A stretch of DNA of 64,000 nucleotides from the human T2T-CHM13v2.0 reference genome, Homo sapiens, in NCBI RefSeq assembly GCF_009914755.1, contig NC_060926.1; one strand, written 5' to 3'. The position numbers and the translations under genes are program-made. This document shows positions 54,046-64,000 of the stretch, in pieces (position 1 is the stretch's first letter; every line of letters starts with the position of its first letter). The notes beneath the pieces were generated by a model. It had not been told where the DNA came from. It saw only the letters and a list, made by a program, of their open reading frames with translations, and ran no database searches.

Positions 54046-56260
54046 GACTGTAGCGTCCCATAATAAAGAAAAAAAAGTAGCTTTATCAAAGAAGAGTAGC
54101 ATAAGTAAAATGAAGAAAACTACACCAAGTTAAAAATACAGAGATACATAAAAGAAGCCAATGGAAAAAGAAAAGAGAAACTTTCTAACCAAATGAAAAC
54201 AAGGTAAACCAAGGGTAAATTCCCAACCCATACAGCACGTTTCCCCTACCTGCCTTTTGCCAGTCCTCCCAACAACCCAGTCCCCTTTTGTGGCCATCAT
54301 TACTACTCTGGGGGGAAAAGGGAAAAAAAAAAACTCCTCTTTCCCAATGTCAGCTTCCAAAAATATTAAAAGGCAACTTTGCTTTACACTCTGCAGAGTA
54401 AGGGTAGAGCCCACAGGAAGCATCAGCTGCTGAAAACCTGCTTTCCCCTGCCTGTGATGACACCTACAGCCACAATTCTAGACAGCAGCAAGACAAGTTA
54501 ACTGTTGAAGCGGCTAAGAATTATGCTCTTAAAGAAAGGACAGTATGAAATAAAGGTTAGGGCCTGAAAGAGGACGGTAAGAAATAAAAGCTATAGAAAT
54601 GGGAGAAAATCAATTGGGGATGAAGTTCAAAAGTAAGGGCAATAAAGAGAAAAGGCTGCAACCCTAGGCTGGAATAAGTATCATTGAACTAGGAAGGGAT
54701 TTTTCTTTAGCCCAAGCATACAATAAGGATGTGGGAAAAAAAAATAGGAAAGAAGAAAATGTGTGATTGTTTTATTTCTCTAGAAATAATAATTTGTGAC
54801 AAAATTTTTATAGAATCTTCAACATATGAATTATTAAATGCTTATATTTCTTCTCATAGCTTTCTAGGATTGTAGAGGAATAAACACTTGTTGAAAACCA
54901 CTCATTGTTGCTTCACCTACACCTTTTAAAGTTTCCAAGAAAGATACAATGAATAATGCACTTAGTCTATAATAAAAAGTTAACAAAAATGGTATTTTGA
55001 GAAACATCCTTTAATATTAAAGTGTTAGGTTGGCAGATATCTCACAAAAATATGAAACTTGGCTTTAGTACAAGCTAGTCAATTTTCTATGTAAAATTGT
55101 CAACTTTCAGATGAAATAGATAAAATTTTACCTTTAGTGTCCTTCCCACTCTTTTTGCTATTCTCAGCAACAGCAACTAAACTCTAGAGAAACATGTAGC
55201 TCCCTGAGACCACTGGAAGAAGTACTTACCAGATGACTATAAAACTTTCCTAACCAAGGATGAGAATTTTTAATTCTTATGAACCCTGAAGAAGTCTCAT
55301 AGAAAATAACATCAAGTCTCATCATATTCAGTGAATAAGTACTGAAGAAATTAGAATGGACTGGTTTCAGATCCAGCATCTAATATCAAGTTCAAAATGC
55401 TGTGAAAATGAAAGGCTCAGAAAACCCAGATGAGAGCATGTTGGGTTTCCTTTTCCACTTGAAACTAACATGTTTACCCTGCTGATGGCTTTGGAGTTGC
55501 TAAAAAATTATCAATATTTGTTGTTTGTTTCATAAATTAAAAACCTACTTGCTCAGTCCTATCAAAGCTGACTACAGATAATGCTATATTTGAGCCTAAA
55601 GATAACTAGCCCCTCTATCTGTCCAATCTTTCTAATCTTAATAACAGAAACAGTTACGATACTAAGAAGGCACAAGTGAGTCACAGGACCATTTTTCCCC
55701 TGACATTCCTCTTCTTTTCCTCTTTTCCCTAGCTTACCACTTGTGCAACTCTAATCTAGAGAAGGGAACAGGGAAGTAGTTAAGCACTTTGTTCTCTTTC
55801 CAATATTGACTTAGAGAATGAAGCATTATGGTCCCCAAAAGACATCAAAGACACCAAAATGCTCATCTTAACACCGGAATTCTGGAGCACACATCTTTTT
55901 CTAGCAACTCACAAACACATACTAAAACCACACATTGACATATTAAAGAGAGGAGGAGGGAGCTGTGGATGCCAGACCAGCCAAAGTGTCAGTGTTAAAG
56001 ACAAAGTGTCTTGACAGAGAAATACGTGGTGTTATTGGGTGATATATTAACTTCCCACAAGCCATTGGGTGTTAAGAAAGGACCAACACATCAAAGATGC
56101 CGTAGTAACATTCTAACTAGTCTAAACTCGGGAATTTAAATAGCAAAATTTGTATTGTAAAGAGCCTAAATTAATGTGTTCCTGGATGCCAGATGATAAC
56201 CGAAGGCTTATCTCCCAAGCCAATGGGGCTCTGGGAGAAGGGGACAATGCAAAGTCCTAC

Positions 56261-57172
56261 CTGGTAGGCATCAGGAATGTTGACCGTTTCTCCATGCTCC
56301 CCGACATAGCCAATGATACCTTTGCCCCAGGGGACCTGCACCTCATTTGAGTTCTCTGTGCTGCTGCAAGGCAGCAGAGGTGTTCCTGCATGCACATCAA
56401 AGAATTTGGAGACCAAGGTCTTCTTGCCAGCAGCTGCCCCTTCCACCAGGAAAAGAGAGCAGCGGTCAGCATCCACCATAAGGCAGACAAAGATGAGAAT
56501 CTTGTAGCTCAGGCTGGTGAGGTCAAGGTCATTGGAGATATCTTTGACCAATTCCAGAAAGAACTGACGCTCATTATGCTTTTTCAGATGGCACTTGTAG
56601 TCGATGGCTGTAGGGGGATACTGAGGCAGATTCACTCTCGATTCCAGCAGCGCACTGAGAATATGGGCTGTGGTGGGGGGCAGGGAGCTTGCCTTCCGGA
56701 GAAGTGCCCTCCGTCGTACACTACTCAGGGGTTCCTGAGCCCGGGAGGTCACCTGTTCATCGTAGGTCCTGTTCACGTGGATGGCCTTGGAGCGGGCAAA
56801 ACTCTTCCTTAGCTCTTTCTGAGAAGCTCTCCGCTGCAGGTTCCCATCGCCCCTGCTGCCACCGGCCCAGCTGGGACTCAAGGGAACCCCACCACAGTCC
56901 CCGCCACCGGGAAGGGGCTGGCTGTGGGCAGAGCCATTTGGTCCAGTGCCACCACCAACGCTGCTGCCACCTCTGCAGGTGCTGTGAGCCAAGCTGCTGG
57001 TACCAGCCAAAGAGGGCCTTGGACCTAAAGCCCCCTGACCCTGACTGTGCCTCTGCAGCCACTTTTCAACCATCTCCTGCTTCCCCTTCCGCATCAAGTA
57101 ATCTTCAAACAACTCTGGGTGCCTGTCCAGGAAAGTTTCCACCTCCCCAAAGTCCAGGCGGGAGGCTGCCAT
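56261..57172 (-). CDS. PDE11A: PDE11A4 first coding exon (dual cAMP/cGMP phosphodiesterase 11A), codons 1-304
   Basis: Translation MAASRLDFGEVETFLDRHPELFEDYLMRK...GKGIIGYVGEHGETVNIPDAYQ matches the PDE11A4 N-terminus. Kozak GGGACCATGG; PKA/PKG-type sites RRAS117 and RKAS162; GAF-A motifs (DADRCSLFLV, GIIGYV..GETVNIPDAY). Exon is 912 nt, ending at CAG|GTAGGA (phase 0). The ORF-track extension to 56171 is intronic read-through. Confidence 0.98.
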
Positions 57173-57920
57173 GGTCCCAGACAGCTTTCCTTGCCTGTTT
57201 ACACGTGAACCAAATGTTTTCCTGCCCCGAGGCCTCTAGCTGTTCCTGCACATGTTCACCCCCACCAGTATTCCCAGTTCAGCGCCACCTCCCCTGGAGA
57301 TTATTCCCAGCAGTGGAATCTGGGAGATGCCCCTTCCTTCTCTGGCTCAGAGTGGCTGGCGCCGACCCCACCCCGTGGTCCTGCTACTCCTGCTCCGCAC
57401 AGGTGCCCAGCACTGAGCTGCCGCCGCTGCCCCGGCTCCTGTTCCGGAAACCCGAGCTATCGCTGCTCCTGTTCTGGCTGCCGCCGCTGCTGCTGGAACT
57501 GCTGCTGTAACCGGATGAGTGGACCGCTGTGACAGGGAGGTAGGGCAGGACACGCCCCTGAGTGAGGCACGGAGCCTGGAGGGAGGAGAGAAGAGGAGGG
57601 AGCCGCGGACGCCAGACCAGCCAAAGTCCACGGCCCAGGCTGCCAGGCGGTTCCTGGAAGAGTCTCTGGACGGCCGGAATCGGCGCCTGGGTACAGGACT
57701 CCTGATTGGAACACGATTAGAAGAGGGAAACGCACCTTGTTCCTTCCCCGCTTCTTGCTCCCTTACCTCCCCAACCCTCCCTACTCACCGCGCCCCTTAA
57801 TCCGTTAGCGTTTCGAGGAGGCCCAGCGGGAGCCCAGTGGGAGTCCGAGATACAAGTGTTGATGTTTTGCAGGGATCTGAACACAGAAGCGGACTCCGAG
57901 GAATCGAGAGTGTCGTTCAC
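57173..57920 (-). promoter_or_regulatory. PDE11A: PDE11A4 5' UTR and GC/CpG-rich promoter region
   Basis: CpG-dense, GC-rich island in an AT-rich background directly upstream of the ATG; GCA/GCG triplet runs 57415-57507; CCAAT on minus strand at 57705-57709; no clear TATA. Exact TSS cannot be read from sequence. Confidence 0.75.
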
Positions 57921-58494
57921 CCTCAGAGACAGGCAGGGTTATTTTTCTGGGATGTGACTGTGGATTGTTGGTTCCCAGGATTCCTGGGACTTGCTCACTA
58001 ACACTGCCCAGCGCCTTGTGGGTGCTCAGTAAATATTAATGGAATGGCATTTCCCCGAAAATAGCAAATAAAGTTTCCGATGTGAGCAATTCATGACTTT
58101 AACCAAATTCATGTACCTGGGGCAGAGACAGATTACACAGAGAAAGGGTGTAAAACACAGTACAGAAAAAGAGTTTACCAGGTAGAGGAAGTAAGTGCTG
58201 AAGAGTCTGGAGTATTTAATTAACAGCAGGGAGACCAGCTAGGAGACAGTAAACCAAGCATAGAATCCTGGTAATTTGGAGCTGCTGGTTTCCAAGAAGG
58301 TGAGTGGTGATCAAGATTTAAAAAGAAAAAAAACAACGTTTAGCATAGTGCCTGGCACATAAAAAGTGCTCAGTAAATGTTAGCTGTTGTATTACTTTTG
58401 TTATTATTATTATTCTAAGGTGACGATGTATGGAAACTTTACTGAATGTAGCTATGTCTCTGGTCACTTGAGTGATCTATCAGTAAAGATGGTT

Positions 58495-58686
58495 AGTGAT
58501 ATGTTGAAACTGGCTTGTAAGGACTCACAAGTGCCTATTTTAAAATCTCTTTCCAATTCTGTATTCAGTCACATCATGGAGTTTGCAATCAGTCACAACG
58601 GGAATGTTTACACCATGGAAATCAGCAAATGTTATGTGTCAGGGTTTTTTTTTTTTTAATGGACTGCTAATTGTTAAACATTTACG
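58495..58686. mobile_element. MER63-like hAT relic
   Basis: TTTACACCATGGAAATCAGCAAATG..TTGTTAAACATTTAC. Confidence 0.6.
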
Positions 58687-58694
58687 GATATGCA

Positions 58695-59135
58695 GTGGAA
58701 ATAATCCAAATGTCCATCAGCTGAGGAACAGACAAATAAAATGTGATAACTCCATACAATGGAATATTATTCAATCATAAAATGGAATAAAGCACTGATA
58801 CGTGCTAGTACTCGAATGAAACTTAAAAACATCATGCAAAATGAAAGAAGCCACTCACAAATGACCACATAGTGTAAAATTTCATTTGTAAGAAATGTCC
58901 AGAATAGGCAAATCCATACAGACAGAAAGTAGATTACTTTCTAGATGGAGAGGAAGTGGGTGACGCTAATGTGTATGAGTTTTTTTGGGGGTGTGGGGGG
59001 TAATAAAAATGTTCTAAATTGATTGTGGTGATAGTTGCACAATCTGAATATGCTGAAATTCATTGAATTGTACATTTAATTGAATGAATCGTATGGTATG
59101 TAAGTTATATTTCAATAAAGCTGTTACAAGATAAG
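58695..59135 (+). mobile_element. L1MB 3' end
   Basis: GAAATGTCCAGAATAGGCAAATCCATACAGACAGAAAGTAGATTA...TCAATAAAGCTGTT. Confidence 0.88.
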
Positions 59136-60005
59136 AACAAAAAACATTTACTACCCTGAGACTGGTGATAATACAGCAGCAGTGTTGTGCACGGAGACAA
59201 GAAAAGCACTGAGTAGAGATCTGATGAAAATGAAGCAATGAGCTTCTCAGGGAAGTGAGAGAAGTAGACCAACCCTGGGCTTCCTAGAAACAGAAAGTTT
59301 AATAAAGACACTTCCTTAATTCCATCTTCCATGTATTCATTATACAAGCAGTTGTTTGGCATTTATCATGTTCCAGGCTCTGGGGACAAAAGAAGACCAA
59401 GACAAAAGCTGTGCTTTTGACTAAAGATCTCCGTCTACAGCACCAAGAGAAGTGAGAGTGGAGAAGAATACTGGGAAGGATGGGGAAAGCAATAGAAGAG
59501 AAATCCGAAAAACTGAATGCAACATTTCGAGCTGCATTTTGAATCGGCTGTAGCCATGTTCCCTGCTTGGTGTGTGAGGTCACTAAAGGAGTTAATGGTT
59601 GGGGAAGAAAATGAGAAAGTGACAGAAAGCACACATAAGATAGTCCAGAGGGCTGTAATGGAGGGCTGATAATAAGATGTGTGTTGGTGTGGCCACATTG
59701 CCATTTATCTTCACTCTCAATCTGCAGAATGGTATGTGTATTAGTCATAGTCCCAACAGGAAACAGAGCACACTCAAATTAAATTCCAAGAAGGTTAATT
59801 TACAAAGGAACAAATTACAAAGGTGGAATATAGGTAAATGACAGAAACAGTGAAGAAACCTGGGACTCATAGCGGTAGAGAAGTTACCACCCCTAGACAT
59901 GAGGGGAAGAGGAGGAAAAAGTTACTAGGACTTGGAAGGAAAGAAGATTGGATAGTGACTTCTGCCTTGAGGGGAGCAATGACAGCCCATCAAAAGGCAT
60001 CAACA

Positions 60006-60327
<322 letters not shown>

Positions 60328-61419
60328 CTAACCTCAAAGGAGGGATATTAGGAGTAAATATTAATAATAGCTGGAACTTATTCTTTTCCCTCCCTTCTAT
60401 CAGCAACCAGATACAAGCTAGAAGGTATTGAAGCCTGTTGATACCTCATCCTCACTGGGCAAAGAGTAGGAGGGGACAAAGCAGGATCTGTATAAGATCT
60501 GAAAGGGTGAAAGGATGATTCTTGGCCCTATATGGAAACTTGAAGAGGTCCCCTTAGGAAATAATGGAAGAGGTCCCACTAGGAAAGAATGGCCAATATG
60601 GAACCTTGAAGGGGTTCCTTTGGTAAAGAAAATAAAAATATATTTCCCTTTAGGAAATATAGCTCCATATAATTTTCTGTGTAATTCTGACCTCTTCTGC
60701 TTATCTGCTAATTCCATCGAAACTATCTATAATACACTCCATGACAACATTTGCAGTCTATAAAGCCCCCTCAGGCACAAACTATCATACCAGAAAAGGT
60801 GTGATATTGTGAAGATACTGTGCAGTCCATAGAATCCCCCAGGGCACTATCACACGTGAAAAGGCATGATACTGTGAAGATAGATCACTCAGAGCAAGGA
60901 AGAGGCTCTGCAGGCTCCTTCTCCATCTACCCTTTCCCATCTCTATCAGTCTGTAAAGATTGTCCAAGTAGCCTCTCATTAAAGAAGATAAAGGAGACTT
61001 CCTATTTGTATTTTTCAAGAATGAGGAGTTCCTTTTTAATATAAGTATTTATTTCTTTATCATGGCCAATCAGCATTTATTGAGTACTTTCAATGTGCAA
61101 AACATTGGGTGGCAGGCAAGATAACTTTTGTTATCCCATTACATTTTAGTACTGGATGGAAGCTTATAGTTCTTCTAGTACTATGCTTTCCACATTTTGC
61201 TCATGGTTACATTGAAATCTAGAGTGGACACATAACTCCTCCAAAGTCACCTGCCAGGCCAACCTCTGATCTCATAGTTCCATCCCACCCTTAGCAACAT
61301 CTCACAATTTGGTATTAACCTCTTAAAGCCCAATGAATTTCTGTCTCCTAAGTTTGCCTCCTAATTATTCGTCTCCTAAAACAGACATTACTGACTTTTA
61401 TTGTGTGACCACTGAGCAT

Positions 61420-61940
61420 CATCAAATATGTAAAGGGAGGCTGAAAACTTAGTTACTTAAAACAACAATTTTCCTACTTCTCACAATTCTGTAGGTTAAC
61501 TAGTGGTTCTTCTCTTTCACTTGGTATTGGCTGAAGTCACTCATGTGGCTGCATTCAACTGGCAGCTGGGATGTGCTGGATGGTCCAGTAAGGCCTCTCA
61601 TACATATCTAGGGCCTCAGTGCTGACTTGTGGCTGAGGCTGCTCAGTTTTTCTCCAGGAGGCCTCTTTCCACATTGTATCTAATTTTCCAGTTCCTCTTT
61701 ACGTGGCTTCTGTCTCCAGTAGGATAACCTGTCCTTCCTTACAATATGGCATCTGGGTTTCAAGAGGGAGTGTTGCAAGAGGGTAAGCCCAATATGCAAG
61801 AGCCTATCAAGCCTATATAATAGTTGTTAATGCCCCATTGGTCAAAGCCAATTATATAGCCAAGCACATCAGTTGAGAGAGGGACAAGGACATGAATACT
61901 CACAGGTGTGGTTCACTGGGAGCCACTCATCCAACAATTC
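61420..61940 (-). mobile_element. MLT1K-like MaLR LTR
   Basis: AAACTTAGTTACTTAAAACAACA..TCTCACAATTCTGT..CCATTGGTCAAAGC. Confidence 0.7.
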
Positions 61941-61974
61941 ACCAAACAAACTCTCTCCTGAACCTCAGAGCCCC

Positions 61975-62072
61975 ATTTCTTTTCTTTTCTTTCTTTCTTT
62001 TTTTTTTTTTTTTTTTTTTTTTGAGACAGAGTCTCACTCTGCTGCCCAGATAAGTGCAGTGGCATGATCATG
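61975..62072 (-). mobile_element. Alu 3' fragment
   Basis: Long T-rich tail then GAGACAGAGTCTCACTCT...GTGGCATGATC only. Confidence 0.8.
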
Positions 62073-62349
62073 CCAAAGCCCCATTTCTAACTACTGCAAA
62101 ATATTTGCTCCTAAATGTTTCACAGGCACCTCAAATTTCTCATCTCCAAGATCACTCTCACTCCCACCCACATGAAATCACTCAATCCAGTATATTTTAC
62201 TGCAGAAATTTCTGTTTAAATCCAGCTGCCTTCTCCAAGCCTGCTTTCCTTAATTCAAGCCTTCATTATCTGTCCATTCTCTACCAACCAGTATCACCTT
62301 CCACATAACAAACGTAAAAATGGCACATTAAGGCCTTGTCAAAAGGCAA

Positions 62350-62802
62350 GTAATGGGTCAAACTGCAGCTCCACAAAAGCTATGTCCACCAGAATCTGTG
62401 AATGTCACCTTACTGGGAAGAGGGTCTTTGCAGATGTAATTAAAGATCTCAAGATAAGATTATCCTGGATTTAGGGTGGGTTCTAAATCAAGTGACACTT
62501 TCCTTATAATATATGTACAAAAGAGAAGACACAGAGACACACAGAGGAGAAGGTAGTATGAAGACTGAGGTACAGATGGAGTGATGGGTCTACAAGCCAA
62601 GGAATATCCAGGATTACTGGTGGCCACCTCATTCTAGAAGAGAGGCATGAAACAGATGCTCTTAGGAAAAAAAAAAAAATCAATCTTCTGAATGCCTTGA
62701 TTTTGGAGTTCTGGCCTCCAGAACTGTCAGAGAATAAATGTATGTTGTTTCAAGTCACCATGTTTGTGGTAATGTGTTACAGCAGCCCTAGGAAACGAAT
62801 GC
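62350..62802 (+). mobile_element. MLT1C/D-like MaLR LTR
   Basis: GGGTCTTTGCAGATGTAATTAA..CTGGCCTCCAGAACTGTCAGAGAATAAAT..GCAGCCCTAGGAAAC. Confidence 0.85.
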
Positions 62803-63888
62803 AAGAGCTTTCTTCATTGCACCTTTATTTTCCATCTCTCTTCTCACCTCCTGCCACAACTCTCCAAGCATTCTCCCCTTCTCTCTTCTGGGCTTCTACT
62901 TGAAATGCTCTTCTCCCCTTCCCTGACTCTCAAACTTCTTTTTTCCATTAACACCTATTTCAAATGTCACACATATTATGTTTCCTGCTTCCCCAGTAAA
63001 AAGCTGTGCTGTGTCCTATGTGTCCTGCTTCCACACATTTGGTCATCTACCTGCTATAAACCATAGAACACTTGGTGTTTACTCAACCCAACACGATGCA
63101 TTTAATTCTCCATTTAAAAAACATTTAACATTAAAACACACTTTACTAGTCTTTTATCTCTTCTTCTATCAATTTAGAAATTGAAAGCACTCTGAGCCAG
63201 AAGCCCACCTACATTCATAGTTGTATTAAAGACTAATAAGTATCTAGAAGGTAAGTCTTTAAAATTTCAAAGATATCTTGGTGAACGATAATGACCCATA
63301 AAGTTACAGAAAAATGAGCTTCAATGTCATGCCATAAATGTTTTACATATTTTCTTCATCTTAAAATCAAGAGTATTTTTCACCAGAAAAATCAGCAATA
63401 ATCAAAATATCTTGCTGAAGAATAACTTGTTGATAAAAAAGTTGGTTGGTTTTCATTATTGAAAATATTTTCTATATATTTGGAGATTCGAACTTAGTAG
63501 AATATGGATAAATTCAATATTTAAAATATTCCTTGAATCTTCATAAACGTAACTTTGCTAAAATATCTTAAATAATCAAGATTGTTGAGTTAAGACATTG
63601 ACAATATAAAATAGTCTAAGAGTCATGTCTTTCCTCAAGGAACATGTACAGTATAGCTAGGGAGGTAGAACATTTACATTAAAGAACAACTGACAATACA
63701 AGATACCACTGATGAAGTCTGACAGACAAGGAATTCTATTTTCTAAAAATCAGAAGTATCCTTAAATGCAATATGATATTCTTTATATTCAATAGCAATC
63801 CATAACTAGTATTAAGATTGAGAGTATAGACCTACTAACAATAGAACAAAAGGAGGAAAAAGCTGGAGGGAAAAATTCAACAACAGAT

Positions 63889-64000
63889 TCTTTTTTTCTT
63901 CAACTTTTAAGTTCTGGGGCACATGTGCAGGGTGTGCGGGTTTGTTACCTAGGTAAAAGTGTGCTGCACAGATCAACACATCACCTAGGTATTAAGCCCA
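63889..64000 (-). mobile_element. L1PA 3' end (continues past the window)
   Basis: TTCAACTTTTAAGTTCTGGGGCACATGTGCAG..CATCACCTAGGTATTAAGCCC. Confidence 0.85.

Noticed and set aside
56171-56260. C-terminal 29 aa of the 333-aa ORF
   Set aside because: Read-through past the CAG|GTAGGA donor; the PDE11A4 protein continues in the next exon.
56689-57510. 273-aa plus-strand ORF opposite PDE11A
   Set aside because: Antisense shadow of a GC-rich exon/UTR with a non-ATG start and low-complexity product; no recognisable domain.

Overview
Human/primate genomic DNA from the PDE11A locus (2q31.2 by gene identity). The first coding exon of PDE11A4 (codons 1-304, N-terminal regulatory region plus start of GAF-A) lies on the minus strand at 56261-57172, with its GC-rich promoter; bases 1-56260 are the following intron. 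The intron holds a processed SDHD pseudogene, a U6/L1 chimeric retrocopy, two ~6 kb L1PA elements and many Alu, L2, MIR, MaLR and hAT relics. Most interesting: (1) a chain of ~15 decayed, splice-site-bounded, often phase-compatible exon-like segments on the minus strand (~4.99-31.6 kb) whose translations show an F-box-like motif followed by several leucine-rich-repeat motifs, i.e. a candidate fossil FBXL-type gene nested in the PDE11A intron; (2) a ~270 bp gene-conversion tract shared by the two L1s 17.5 kb apart; (3) a ~375 bp 3' transduction carried by the older L1; (4) an inverted repeat plus templated duplication at the younger L1's target site. Everything was read by eye; repeat subfamily calls and the fossil gene need computational confirmation.
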